This document shows positions 12,401 to 23,327 of a DNA stretch of 64,000 bases, piece by piece. This DNA comes from an uncultured Acidobacteriaceae bacterium. Lineage in GTDB: Bacteria; Acidobacteriota; Terriglobia; Terriglobales; Acidobacteriaceae. The number at the start of each line of letters is the position of its first letter. Within the stretch, counting starts at the first letter, position 1. The DNA lies in NCBI GenBank assembly GCA_963745555.1, contig CAVUXX010000003.1, positions 216,921 through 280,920 of the forward strand, read 5' to 3'. The notes under the pieces were generated by a model. The model worked only from the letters and a program-made list of their open reading frames with translations, was not told the DNA's origin and searched no databases. Both the position numbers and the translations under genes were made by a program.

Positions 12401-12806
12401 CCTGTTGAGTGATCGCGCCCACCGCCAAGGTGACTTTCTGGCTGGCGGACTGTCCGACTTCCAAGCCGATGCCTTTTTGCACATAGGTCCTGAAGCCGGC
12501 CATTTCAACCGTCAGCTGATAACTGCCGACGGGGAGGCTGGGAAAGAGATATTCGCCTGCGGCTCCTGATTTGACTTCCTGTTTATATCCAGTCCCGGCC
12601 TGTTCCACGATCACGCTCGCCCCAGGGACCGCCGCACCGGTATTGTCCTCCACGGTACCGCTCAATCGAGCGGTGGTGTACTGGGCAAGTGCGGTCGTTG
12701 CCCACATGACGGTCAAGAATAAAGATGAGAGAAGAAAAGCCGGCTTGCATTGTGCGCGGCTGGGAATGCGGTTGTTCGTTTTCTTGCTTTTTTCAAATGG
12801 TCTCAT
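9452..12806 (-). CDS. Oar-like TonB-dependent receptor with carboxypeptidase-regulatory-like N-domain; split into several ORFs by indels at ~11965, ~11915 and ~10893
   Basis: LSGTVEDNTGAAVPGASV, MPLNGR, PSPDALQEF, KSGTDQIHGDVFEY|LRNYAMDAKNYF|NPLKQNQFGGTIGGPI, LTLTA|GVRWDPFFP, PRVGFAY, C-terminal PRILQMALKIKF. Confidence 0.9.
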
Positions 12807-12922
12807 TTGCGCTGGTCTCCATCCTGTCGAAAGTACAGTGAATAGAGCATTGTGCTGCATGAGCTTATGTTTTATTTGTGAACGTGTGCAGCATTGGTTT
12901 CGTTTGCTACCGAATTAGGATG

Positions 12923-12951
12923 GTTTTAAGGTCATTTTGCCCGTTTGTCAA
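12923..12951 (-). promoter_or_regulatory. Putative sigma70 promoter of the TonB receptor operon
   Basis: TTGACA (12951-12946), 17 bp spacer, TAAAAC (12928-12923) on the minus strand. Confidence 0.5.
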
Positions 12952-14312
12952 GCGAAAAGTTCTCGCGGCTGTAACGTGGAACGTGTGTCAGAGCGGGAAT
13001 CGGGGAGCCTGCAGAACCTTGGCCATGAAGGGATACACGGAGAGTTTGTGTCTATGAGAGGGAGCCTTGCTCTCTTCGCAACGCAGAAAACCGTCGATGT
13101 CAGTCCATCGCCGAAGTCTCGGGCCGGGCCGTTGCGCGCCCCTGCAAGTACCCTGAGAGCATTTTCGCGATAAATCTTCTTAAGCACGGCATCTGGTATA
13201 CCAAGGCCATAGAGAGGCCAAAGATAGTCAGAATAATCCTCGAAGTAGTAGTGCTCGTCCAATGTTTCCAGCGTTCGAAAGGTGGAGCGAAGTTCACCCG
13301 GGGTATAGGTGAAATCGGTTCCGTACAAAAGGCGATCCTGGTACTGCTGAAAGAACTGGTTTGCGAATCGCGGGATCGTGGAAATCTCTGACATCCGCGC
13401 AGCAAAATCCGCATAGAGATTCGGGTTTCGGTCCAGCATCTGGCCCAGGCGCGTCAGGTCGTAGTCAAGGTTGGCGAGGTGGCAGGCGATAAACGTCGTC
13501 CCTCTGTGCCTTTTCAACGTGCGCTCCAGGCTTTCCAACAGGCCGTCGTGTCCGAGCAAGCCCGGCTTATCGTCCAGTCTCCAATGGAAAGCAGTCATGT
13601 ACCCGTCGTTGTGTTTGTCCATAGGGAGGTACGTCCAGATAGGATCTGACACGTGGAGACTCACTGGCATGCCCAGTTCCGAGCATTTTTGAAACAGGGA
13701 GTCCATCCGCGGGTCGTCCGGATGGGGCCCCGGGCCAGTGAACTCGGCCGGCGTATGCCAGCTGCTCGGTTCCGTGCCTACACTGGCGTCCAGGCCCTTG
13801 CCTTTGTCGTGGAGTTCGCCCACGCCACGGGCGCCCATGCGATGGCATTCCTCCAGCGCTTTCAGGGCGTCGGGCCCGAAGCCTGGATTGTTGACCCCCC
13901 GGAGGTCAAAGAGGCACCAGAGATCAAACCTTTGCGGGTAGGCGGAATAGATCGCGCGAGCCCGAGCGAAACTCTCAGGCCTGCCCGTACCGGCGAAGAC
14001 GACAGCCCTCTCTACGCCGGTCTCGTCCATGGTCTCCACGATCTTCCGAGCCTGATCTGCCGTGTTAAATCCATGATTATGAGCGTCGATGATCGGATAT
14101 TTGGCCTTCGCAATCTCGGTGACCGGGATCTTATAGATGGATCTGGGCCGCCAGTCTTTGAGCAATAGTTTGTCGGGCAGATCTCCGTTGCTTGCGAGTT
14201 GGGCGTCCGATCCCGGTGCCTGCACCAGCGGATTAGCGAACCCCACCTGCGCCGCAAATGCAGCGGCCGAAAATGCCATCAATTGTCTGCGATTCATGCC
14301 TTTGGACCTCAT
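12948..14312 (-). CDS. Tat-exported metal-dependent amidohydrolase (Amidohydro_2-like); true stop may be near 13100
   Basis: MNRRQLMAF twin-arginine leader, IIDAHNH, GVGELHDKG, PVSLHVSDP, IACHL, LLYGTD, LKKIYRENA. The last ~50 aa look non-conserved and run into the downstream promoter. Confidence 0.82.
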   Translation of the reverse strand: MRSKGMNRRQLMAFSAAAFAAQVGFANPLVQAPGSDAQLASNGDLPDKLLLKDWRPRSIYKIPVTEIAKAKYPIIDAHNHGFNTADQARKIVETMDETGVERAVVFAGTGRPESFARARAIYSAYPQRFDLWCLFDLRGVNNPGFGPDALKALEECHRMGARGVGELHDKGKGLDASVGTEPSSWHTPAEFTGPGPHPDDPRMDSLFQKCSELGMPVSLHVSDPIWTYLPMDKHNDGYMTAFHWRLDDKPGLLGHDGLLESLERTLKRHRGTTFIACHLANLDYDLTRLGQMLDRNPNLYADFAARMSEISTIPRFANQFFQQYQDRLLYGTDFTYTPGELRSTFRTLETLDEHYYFEDYSDYLWPLYGLGIPDAVLKKIYRENALRVLAGARNGPARDFGDGLTSTVFCVAKRARLPLIDTNSPCIPSWPRFCRLPDSRSDTRSTLQPRELFA

Positions 14313-14534
14313 TTCTCTCTCCGATTTCGCATAGCGAATGCTTTTGTTCGTTTACTTGCGAATGCGTAGAATGGTCGAGCGATTCAACGGATGAAATCAT
14401 ACGCGGACATCCTTCGTCAACCAGGGCTCTCCAATCCCGTCATGTACATATACAACCCATTCTTCCGCGGAAAGGCCCGGAAATGAAGACTCCAAGGCCG
14501 TGTGCCTGACTGTCATCGAGGACAGACCGACACT

Positions 14535-14564
14535 CTTTCTGTGTATTTCGTTTTATTACGTTCG
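14535..14564 (+). promoter_or_regulatory. Putative AgaR/DeoR-type operator upstream of the M20 gene
   Basis: CTTTC...ATTTCG...ATTACG at 10-bp spacing (TGTATTTCGTTTTATTACGTT), similar to TTTCRTTT-type AgaR sites. Confidence 0.35.
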
Positions 14565-14644
14565 CCATGGGCGCGCCGATAATCAAAGTCATCGGAGGAT
14601 AATCGCAACATGTATTCTGACCAGACCCACATCGGCGGCCCGCA

Positions 14645-15934
14645 ATGACCCGCGGTACCGCGCATGATGTTCGCAAGCTCATCCGACCACTCCACGGCGA
14701 CCTGAAGCGGTTGCTGCAGGACCTTGTCCGGACGAATAGCGTAGCCGTTCCGCCAGGCGGAGATGAAACACCCGCGCAACAGGTGCTGCAAAGCTTCTTC
14801 CACGATCAGGGAGTGCGCACCCAGCTCTATGCCACGGAGTTCATTGAAAAATTGGGGAATCCCCTGGTGAGGAAGAACCGCTCCTATCGCGGACGAAAAA
14901 ACCTGACCACAAGGCTCAGCGGGACCGGTCGCGGGAAAAGCCTGCTGCTCAATGGCCATATGGATACGGTGCCGGCGGGGAAAGCGCCATGGTCCCGTTC
15001 GCCTTGGTCGGGAGTCTATCAAGGCGGCCGCGTTCACGGCCTCGGATCCTTCGATATGAAGGGCGGCCTGGTGGCCAACGCTGCCGTGATCTGTGCACTG
15101 AAAAAGGCCGGCATCAGGACAGGAGGAGACATCCTCTTTGAATCAGTGGTGGATGAGGAGTGGGGTGGCGGCGGCGGGACCATTGCCGCACGTATCCGCG
15201 AAGGCGGCGCCGATGCCTGCATCATTCCGGAGGGGACGCAACTGGCCATCTACCGGGCGACCAGGGGTGGATTCGTCGTAGACCTGTCGGTGAAGGCTGG
15301 AGACCCTGCCGCCTATTTCTCCAATGCCGAAGTGGTGAGCCCCGCGGTTCCTTTCGGGCGTCTCCTGGGATGGGTTGAGTCCTGTGCGAATATGCGCGCC
15401 AAGATTAGGGCGCGCGGCGCATACGCCACTTTTTCCGACCCTGTGCCGGTGCAGGTCCTGGCGATCCAGGCGAATCAGTTCGATTCGGAAACTCCGTTGA
15501 GTGTGCCTTCTCAGGCGACCATGCGAGTGTACTTTCAATTCCTCCCGGAAGAAGATGTAGCAGCGGTGATCCAGAGGATCAAGGATTCGCTGAAGCAATT
15601 TGAGGCGAACGATCTATTCTTCCGCAAGTATCCGATTCAGTGGACGCCCCTGATTGAAGCGCCGCTACTAGGCCACGAACTGGCTCTGGATCATACCTGG
15701 ACCCGCTGCATGACCAGGAATGCCGCAGCGGTGCTCCAGCGGAGGCCGGTGATCAGCGCGTCTCCATATCCGTGCGATGCCGGTCTGATGCATCGCGACT
15801 TTGGCATTCCAACGCTCCTCTTCGGGCCTTGCGGCGCGGGCGCACACAACCCTGATGAGTATGTCGAATTCGACTCCGTTCTGCTCACTGCGGAGGTATT
15901 GCTGGCGGCTGCCCTGGATTGGGCCAACGGATAA
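14645..15934 (+). CDS. M20 family metallohydrolase (ArgE/DapE-like deacetylase/peptidase)
   Basis: LLLNGHMDTV, GLGSFDMKGG, VVDEE, IPEGT, GAHNPDEYV metal-binding motifs. Confidence 0.88.
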   Translation: MTRGTAHDVRKLIRPLHGDLKRLLQDLVRTNSVAVPPGGDETPAQQVLQSFFHDQGVRTQLYATEFIEKLGNPLVRKNRSYRGRKNLTTRLSGTGRGKSLLLNGHMDTVPAGKAPWSRSPWSGVYQGGRVHGLGSFDMKGGLVANAAVICALKKAGIRTGGDILFESVVDEEWGGGGGTIAARIREGGADACIIPEGTQLAIYRATRGGFVVDLSVKAGDPAAYFSNAEVVSPAVPFGRLLGWVESCANMRAKIRARGAYATFSDPVPVQVLAIQANQFDSETPLSVPSQATMRVYFQFLPEEDVAAVIQRIKDSLKQFEANDLFFRKYPIQWTPLIEAPLLGHELALDHTWTRCMTRNAAAVLQRRPVISASPYPCDAGLMHRDFGIPTLLFGPCGAGAHNPDEYVEFDSVLLTAEVLLAAALDWANG

Positions 15935-16079
15935 TTTGGCATGAGCGCATTGTCAACTGACAGTACGTGAGAGGCCGCTTCTGCTCGCAGAGAACAATTC
16001 CGCGCAGTGCACATCGAACAGCGCTCGCAACTCGCTGCTGCTGCTTCGATCTCTTCACATTGCGGCCTGGCGCTCTACA

Positions 16080-17429
16080 TCAATTCGGAAATTCCGGCGC
16101 TGCCCGGCCCGTTGTTTTTCGCATGATCACGTAGAGGAGCAGTCCGACGGCAATCCATGCGGCGCCGAGCAGTTTGGCGTTCAGATTGAGGTTGAGCCAA
16201 ATGAACGTGCATACCAAAATACCGCACAGCGGCGAGAGGAACGCGAACGCCACCTTTTCCTGGGAGCGAAATTTATAGTGGATGAGGGCGGCCGCGTTCA
16301 CTCCGATGAAGGCAATAAACGCGCCGAAGTTGAGCAGTTCCGCGCCCTGCTCAAAGGTCAACAAAAAGGTGCCCAGCAGGGTCACCGCACCGAGCAACAG
16401 CACGTTGTTGCGCGGGATTCTGGTCTTGGGACTCACCACCCCGAAGAACCTTCTTGGCAGGGCATCGGCGCGTCCCATGCCATAGAGCAGGCGGGCCGCT
16501 CCAAACTGCGCTGCAATACCGGAGCCCATATTCGCGATCATCAGAGTTCCATTCAGCAATTGGAAAAGGAACTTACCACCGACGCGGCGTGCAACTTCCA
16601 CAAAGGCGGTATCGACCATGGATTCAGGAAATGGAATCCGTGTCGGCCATACAAGCTGCGCCAGATATACTTCGATGGCCGCAAGTACTCCAATGGCAAA
16701 GCAAGTCAGAACAGTGGCCAGCAAAATGTTGCGGCGAGGATTTTCCACTTCTTCTGACATCGTCGAGATGCCGTCGAAGCCGATATAGGTCAGCACCGCA
16801 ATCGAGGCTCCGTGGAATAGGCGGCCAGGTGTGAAGGTGGAAGAATCGTAAAACGGCAGCAGCCACTGGCCTCCCACCGGTCGTGCCGCCATGGCAATGT
16901 AACGAATCGCGTCCGCAACGAAGATGACCACGACAATGCTCATGCCAAGAGCCAGCAACGCGTTCACGCGGCTTGAGGTTTGCACCCCGCGCAGATTGAG
17001 ACCGGTGAACACAAGAACAAAAGCCACGGCCCAGGCCGCATAGGGAATCTGCGGCAGTATGTTTTGTGCCGCCGCGCTGCACCAGACCGCGCAAATAATG
17101 GGATTCAGCATGTAGTCCATCAGCATGGACCAGCCCACCACATAGCCGGCGAGTGGATGAATTTCCTTGCCCACATAGGTGTAGGCCGATCCTGCGCTGG
17201 GATAAACGCGCGCCATCCGGCCATAACTCACGGCGGTGAACAGCATGGCCACCATCGCGATCAGTATGGTTGTGACGACATGGCCCCGGGCGGCATTGCT
17301 GACCACGCCATAGATGCTCATCGGTGCAGTCGGCTGAATGATGATGATGCCGTAGAGAATCAGGTGGTGAAGCTTCAGCGTGCGCCGAAGCTCCGGAGCG
17401 GCCAGATCACGTTCCGCAGCGGCATCCAT
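16080..17429 (-). CDS. APC family permease (PuuP/PlaP-like amino acid/polyamine transporter)
   Basis: About 12 hydrophobic segments; LRRTLKL, QPTAPMSIYG, YPSAGSAYTY, YIGFDGISTMSEE, ARLLYGMGR. Confidence 0.88.
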   Translation of the reverse strand: MDAAAERDLAAPELRRTLKLHHLILYGIIIIQPTAPMSIYGVVSNAARGHVVTTILIAMVAMLFTAVSYGRMARVYPSAGSAYTYVGKEIHPLAGYVVGWSMLMDYMLNPIICAVWCSAAAQNILPQIPYAAWAVAFVLVFTGLNLRGVQTSSRVNALLALGMSIVVVIFVADAIRYIAMAARPVGGQWLLPFYDSSTFTPGRLFHGASIAVLTYIGFDGISTMSEEVENPRRNILLATVLTCFAIGVLAAIEVYLAQLVWPTRIPFPESMVDTAFVEVARRVGGKFLFQLLNGTLMIANMGSGIAAQFGAARLLYGMGRADALPRRFFGVVSPKTRIPRNNVLLLGAVTLLGTFLLTFEQGAELLNFGAFIAFIGVNAAALIHYKFRSQEKVAFAFLSPLCGILVCTFIWLNLNLNAKLLGAAWIAVGLLLYVIMRKTTGRAAPEFPN

Positions 17430-17597
17430 GCTTGGAAAGTCCTCTCTTCTTGCTGCGTTTCTCTAAGTAAGAGAATCCTGAGAAACCTGGCCGTTCTTTG
17501 CGCCCGGGAACCGACTGCAGCGGAATGCCTTCGCCATGCTCCAGTCGGTCGAGGGTTGGATTGCCATCCTGGGGTGATCAAATCGAACGCCGTCAGC

Positions 17598-20154
17598 TCA
17601 CTCAGGACGCTTCTTATCTGCCGGAACAAATCGTGTAGCGATGTTGCCGGATATCTTGACCTTGGACGGCCTTGGAATTCGCAGTTGCATCAAGACCGGT
17701 TACGGTTACATGCACTTCGTATTCGCCTGCACGCGTATAGGCGTGATGGACCTTTATCCCATCCGTAGCCGATCCATCACCGAAGTCCCAGTGGTAGGTG
17801 AGCACCGGCTCTTCGGTGGGCGACCCCTCGCCGCTGAAGGTCAAAGTCTCCCCTGCCTTGCCTGCGGTTGGCGATTGCACCTCAAATGCAGGCGGAGCAG
17901 CAGGCACGGCATTGTCAATCAACTTCAACATGCGAACGGAGTGCGCCGGCTGAACCAGGTTGATCGTGTCCGAAGATGAGGTGCAGCACCTTTGATCGCC
18001 GAACACCTCCGTGATCTGGTAATCGCCTGTCTTCTTTAATCCAAGAGTGGTCAGATTGATCGCGCGCTTCAGTTCTCCCTCAGTCCAATTGAAGATGGTA
18101 AGAATGGACTGACGATTGTCTTCCTTCAACAGAAAGATACTCGGCTGCACATCGCTTGCTGCATAAGTCATCAGATCGGTGGGCGTGGATGCACGGCCGA
18201 GATGGGCCATGTCGAGAAGATCCGGATTCTTTACCAGCGACAGCCGTTCCTGAGACGCTCCCAGGGTAGGCAAATCGTCTCCCAGCTCAAACATACCCCC
18301 TGCTACCGCCGCCAGAGCGATCGAGACCCTTGCCTCCTCCAGACTGAGCTGACGCTGCCCTCCGTGCCATGACTGGTCATCGACGGTCTGGGTGGATACG
18401 GTGAAAGCGTCCGGGTCGGCAACAAAGAAATTGCGGTTCATGTAGTAGCGTGCAGCGATACCGGAAGCCGCGTCTCTTGAAGCTCCAAATGTATGTCCCG
18501 TGTCTTGAGAGATGCGCCCAGCGTCCACAATCCCAACCGGGTTGAGCATCACACTGCCGTCCTTGTCCAGAACAACGTCTTCGCCAACGGTGCTGCGGAT
18601 GATCTTCAGGCCGATCCGTTGCGCTTCAAGGGCAGTCGAGTTCGGGCGATAGTACGCGCCTTCGACAGCCGAGTCGTCCATGAAATCCATCTTGATAAAA
18701 CGGACGCCCCAATTGTAAAGCGTGCTGTACGTCTGCTTAAGGTAGTCCTGGGCGCCAGGGTTGGTTGTGTCCAGCACATACAACTGATCGTTGTGATCGG
18801 TCACGTTGCCAATGTGGATAAGCTGACCAGCCGCATTGTGCAGTAGCCAGTCTTTATGATTCTGATACACCCATGCGCGCTCCGATACTTCAAACGGTGC
18901 CGTCCACACCCCAAAGGTCAGGCCGTTGTGACGCACCATGTCTCCAACATAGCCAAGTCCGCGAGGGAACAAATTTACGTCGGGCGTCGAGTATTCGCCG
19001 CGTGCGTATTGGTATCCCTCATCGATCTGGTAATAGTTATACCCAAGCTGCCTCAGGTTTTCTGCCAACCACTGCGCATTTGTAATTGCGGCTCCCTGGT
19101 TGAGTCCGAAGTAATAGGCAGTCCAACTCCACCACCCCATTGGGCTCGGAGTATCAACTCGAGCTTTATGCAGCAGCCTGATCGCGCGGCCATATTGCTC
19201 CAGTTGGGCGTGATAGTCGGTCCCCACGGCAAACATGAGGCGCTCAGACGATAGACTGTCTCCAGCTTTGACAGGCAGGCTGAGACTCACTTGTTCAGCG
19301 GCTGGCGAATGCCTGAGCGATTCCTCTTTCATAATCTCAGTCGTGCCCGTGGCCACGGCTTCATAGGAAACAATCTGCGCGCCGGCGCCCGTCGATTGCT
19401 CTTTCAGATGAAATATAGTCAACAACCGGTCTGAAGTTAGTGCGCCAATGAACAAGCTTTGTCCGCTCTCGCGGTTATAGATAAGCTGGCTTCCTACGGC
19501 ACGGTGCATTCCCTTTCGGCCATCACCAAGGTCGCGAATCGCGAGCTGAGGCCGGTCCTCGCTATAGCTATCGGACAGGATGCGGTCCGCAGAAGCCGGA
19601 CCGTTCAGGCTGATGACAGGCGCATCCACAATATGAATACTCCGGATCGCCTGTACTGCGATGGCTCGACCCGTAGTATTGAGCACCTTGACTTCAAGAT
19701 CGCCCCACGACTGATCGCGGTACAGACGCAAGGTGCAGACCAGGTCCGGCTTGCCCTGAAGCCCGGTATGCGTTACGGTCAGGATCGACCCTGACCCGAA
19801 TTCATCATGAAATTCAGACTGCATCGTCTTGTGTTGTGGATATGCGGACGATCGGAGCACCTCTGAATCGGTATCGGCCTCAACATCGGAACGGATCACC
19901 GCACCGGGAATGCTGGCCTGTTCGATCGAGTAGGATCCGTCTGAGTTGATTTCGACAGACAGGTTTCTCCTTTGGATCGACCCTAATCCGCGCGTCCCGT
20001 CGTGAGACGTCGCCTGGTTCGATTGACTTGCAAATGCTGGGCATCCAAAGACCACGGCGCCGACAGCGAGAATCGCACACATAGTCGATTTACATCTTTG
20101 CTTCATTGAGTCTCCTTCGTTCTTTGCGGCATGCGTTGTAAGGAGCGCATTCAA
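17598..20154 (-). CDS. Secreted clan GH-D (GH36/GH27-like) glycoside hydrolase with C-terminal PKD domain, paralog A; +1 indel at ~17664
   Basis: MGWWSW, YQIDEGY, FIKMDF (nucleophile), GRISQD (acid/base), WDFGDG PKD. Removing one C restores AVKVKISGNIATRFVPADKKRPE* with stop at 17598. Confidence 0.82.
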
Positions 20155-20856
20155 TGGCCCCTTTCCAGTTCGGTCCGGCCGACTCTCCAGCCCATCCGGT
20201 GCTTCTCATTCACAGTTTTTTGCGAGAAGGCGCAAACTTAGCTCGCCTCGCTGGTAATGGCATGCCAATCTCCGTGTCGTTGGCCTGAAACGACAATTCT
20301 GTGTCGAGGGTTCCCGCCCATCGCATTATTTTTCACCCGGTTTTGAACCGGCGTTGCCCGGTTCAATGAAAGATGCGCCCATCCGGCCATGGCAGGCGCT
20401 TTGATCGGCTCACTCCGATTGCTTTCGAGTAAGACGAAGTCGAAGATAAACGAAACGGCATGAGTATTCTGCAGGAGGCCCATTCGTGTCAATAATAAAC
20501 TTCGCGCGAATGCTATAGGCCCTGGCGACAGAACGGTCGTCTTGATTGCATTCTCTCTCCAGAATGCGGGCCCATTCCTGTCTATAACCTATTCTTGAAT
20601 GAATGCTCTACATTTGCAAAGTCTTCCTAATCCAGGCCTTTGCGTGCCTGCGTCTCTGGCGCTGTCGGCCTGTCCTGAGACAAATACCAGGCAAAATGCA
20701 GGAGCAGTATCTGGGCTGACATTCCCGTCGCGCTATTTTCGAGTTGCCTGCACAAAGGTACATTGAGGATGCAACCGCATTTCGTGGGAACCTTCTCAGG
20801 CTTTACCGGCATGCAGAGGTTCAAGTTCTTCTCCCAATCTTGGGAAAACGAAAGCC

Positions 20857-20885
20857 TTGACGGTTACGTAATGTGAATATATTAT
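20857..20885 (+). promoter_or_regulatory. Putative sigma70 promoter of agaS
   Basis: TTGACG, 17 bp spacer, TATTAT; followed by a tandem AGGGCTTCATA repeat at 20891 and 20904. Confidence 0.6.
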
Positions 20886-20983
20886 TTCGCAGGGCTTCAT
20901 AGAAGGGCTTCATATTAGATCAATTAGCGGGAAGAGCAAAGTTTCGCCAATGGAAGTTGCCCCCAACGGGGAATGGAGTTTAG

Positions 20984-22117
20984 ATGTCACAGGATCACAG
21001 CGTGCAAGCGGAGGCTGGCCTTCCCACCGGTCCTCAATACACCATGCCGGAAATCCTCCGTCAGCCTCTAATTTGGCCGGTCACGCTGAAAGACGTTCGT
21101 TCCGCATCGGAACGTATGCAACTTACAGCCAAGCTTCAACACGCTCGTGTCCTGCTCACCGGGGCGGGGAGTTCGGCCTACGCAGCAACTGCCGTCGCTT
21201 CAGCGTGGCCCCGGGCATGTGCCATCCCTACCACCGACCTTCTGGTCGATGCGGAACGATACCTGGTGGATGTGGACGCAGTGATCTCTCTCGCTCGGTC
21301 CGGTGATAGTCCAGAAAGCGCCGCTGTCGTTGAACGTGTTCGCGCCCTCCGACCTGACATTCTTCAGCTGGCGATTGTCTGCAATGAAGACGGCGCATTG
21401 TCTCAGTCCAGTCTCGACGGGGTCATTACCCTTGATCCGCGCACCAATGACCAAGGTCTCGTCATGACCGGTTCGTTTTCCAATCTGGTGTTGGCCGGAC
21501 TGGTTCTGGCCCAGGCCGATGCGGTCGCGGCGACTGTGGATGAGTTGAGCGCGCGTGCGACTGCATTGCTGCCCGACATCGATCGAGCATGCAGGCGCGC
21601 GGTGGATCGCACCCATGACCGAATCGTGATTCTGTCCTCATCGCCCCTGCTTGGCTGGGCGCGTGAAGCCGGACTCAAGATGCTTGAGATGACGGCTGGT
21701 CACTTCCCGGTCGTCACCGAGACGCACTTGGGGCTGCGGCATGGCCCTATGTCGTTCGTTAAACCCGACACGCTTGTCCTGTGCCTGATATCCAGCGATC
21801 CAGTGCGCCGCCGTTATGAGGAAGATCTGATCGGTGAGCTTCGTGCGAAAAAAATTGGATACCTGGTCGGCATCGTGGACCCAGGCGATTCGAAAGGTTT
21901 ATTCGACGAGGTCATTCCCGCCGCAGCTCCGCGGGCGATTGACGCTCTGCGCACGCCCTATGAAATCTTGGGTCCGCAGTTGATCGGATATCACTTAAGT
22001 CTGCGGATCGGATTAAATCCCGATAACCCAAGCCCCAACGGCGTAATCAATCGGGTCGTTCAGGGTGTCAGGATTCATCCAGCTCATCCGTTCGCAGCCG
22101 TGACATCAGGCCAGTAG
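20984..22117 (+). CDS. agaS: SIS-domain galactosamine-6-phosphate deaminase/isomerase AgaS-like
   Basis: EILRQP, LTGAGSSAY, SLARSGDSPES, TNDQGLVMTGSFS, LGLRHGP, C-terminal PDNPSPNGVINRVVQGVRIH typical of AgaS. Confidence 0.82.
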   Translation: MSQDHSVQAEAGLPTGPQYTMPEILRQPLIWPVTLKDVRSASERMQLTAKLQHARVLLTGAGSSAYAATAVASAWPRACAIPTTDLLVDAERYLVDVDAVISLARSGDSPESAAVVERVRALRPDILQLAIVCNEDGALSQSSLDGVITLDPRTNDQGLVMTGSFSNLVLAGLVLAQADAVAATVDELSARATALLPDIDRACRRAVDRTHDRIVILSSSPLLGWAREAGLKMLEMTAGHFPVVTETHLGLRHGPMSFVKPDTLVLCLISSDPVRRRYEEDLIGELRAKKIGYLVGIVDPGDSKGLFDEVIPAAAPRAIDALRTPYEILGPQLIGYHLSLRIGLNPDNPSPNGVINRVVQGVRIHPAHPFAAVTSGQ

Positions 22118-22476
22118 CCGCGTTTCCACATCTGGATGGCGTGCGAACCTAGGCCTTGGCGCATGTCTCGGTTGTGGATTGTTCATCATGGCGAGGTATC
22201 TCTTGGAACCAGGTTATAGTTTGGCAGCAAAGCCATACCATTCGGGAAACATTGAAAGCAACTTGGCCGTTGGATTTCTCGAATCGTTTTATACAGGATC
22301 GATGATTGTGCGTAAGACTGATTTTGTCAGCATCCTCAACAATGATGCCGGCTCTGTGGGGGCAAGGCTAGGGGAATCACAGACTCGCATCGTATGGCGT
22401 CTTTGTGGCAGCCAGTGTAGAGCATTAAAGCCCTCCAGGTGCGGTAACAACAAAGGAGCCATAATTGACTGAAGAA

Positions 22477-23265
22477 ATGGTTCAAGCGAAGTACTACCAA
22501 GTCGGGAGTATGAAGGTAGAAGTCCATCCTACCAGTCAAGCAGCAGGCGCAGCCGCTGCCCGAGCTGCGGCTAGTGCCTTGATCGAGTTGGCAAAGACTC
22601 ATGACTCGATAGGAGTAATTTTCGCCACGGGGGCTTCGCAGATGGAGACTCTCAATGAGCTTACCGGCATAGTAGATGTTCCCTGGATCCAGATTCGCGG
22701 CTTCCATATGGATGAATATGTGGGTATCGCTGCGGATCATCCTGCCTCATTCCGCCGCTATCTTCGCGAGAGATTGACGGAAAAAGTGAAGATGAAAACT
22801 TTCCTTGAAATCGATGGAAGTCGAGAGAATCCGGAAAGGACTGGCCGCGACTACGCCGACGAGATCCGCTGCGCCGACCCGCAACTGTGTCTCCTCGGTA
22901 TCGGAGAAAACGGCCACCTCGCCTTCAACGACCCCCCGATAGCAGACTTTAATGATCCCGTGGATGCGAAAATCGTTCAACTTGACGCCGCATGTCGGCG
23001 GCAGCAAACAGCTGAAGGCTGGTTTAGCAGCGTTGAGCTTGTACCGCAATATGCGATTTCACTTACGATTCCCGCTTTGTTGCGCGTGCCCAAACTGATT
23101 GTGTCGGTGCCAGGAAGACGCAAGGCGCAGATTGTTCGGCGTACATTCACAGAACCAGTCTCCACGGCGTGTCCCGCGACGATCCTCCGCACTCATCCAG
23201 ATGCAACCGTCTATTTGGACTTGGAATCTGCGAATGAGCTGGACGGGGTTCTGGTTTCGCAATGA
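22477..23265 (+). CDS. nagB: Glucosamine-6-phosphate deaminase family (NagB/AgaI-like)
   Basis: VIFATGASQ, GFHMDEYVG, LLGIGENGHLAFNDP, CPATILRTH. Confidence 0.82.
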   Translation: MVQAKYYQVGSMKVEVHPTSQAAGAAAARAAASALIELAKTHDSIGVIFATGASQMETLNELTGIVDVPWIQIRGFHMDEYVGIAADHPASFRRYLRERLTEKVKMKTFLEIDGSRENPERTGRDYADEIRCADPQLCLLGIGENGHLAFNDPPIADFNDPVDAKIVQLDAACRRQQTAEGWFSSVELVPQYAISLTIPALLRVPKLIVSVPGRRKAQIVRRTFTEPVSTACPATILRTHPDATVYLDLESANELDGVLVSQ

Positions 23266-23327
23266 AGATGTAACAGCGACAGAGCTGACCAATAGCACGC
23301 GACGACTTTGAAGGGTTAGGGAGTCTT

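Noticed and set aside
9452-12860. Programmed frameshifting or phase variation in the TonB receptor
   Set aside because: The indels are not in long slippery or SSR tracts and match the window-wide error pattern
12948-13100. C-terminal tail of the amidohydrolase as an extra domain
   Set aside because: Not domain-like and overlaps the predicted receptor promoter; probably read-through from an indel or a lost stop
17510-17549. Hairpin ACCGACTGCAGC...GCTCCAGTCGGT between GH paralog A and the APC gene
   Set aside because: Single copy, large loop and no U-tract; insufficient to call a terminator or REP
20155-20983. 830-bp intergenic region as a possible riboswitch, sRNA or small gene
   Set aside because: No recognisable riboswitch motif or credible ORF by eye beyond promoter and operator elements; an Rfam/Infernal search would be needed
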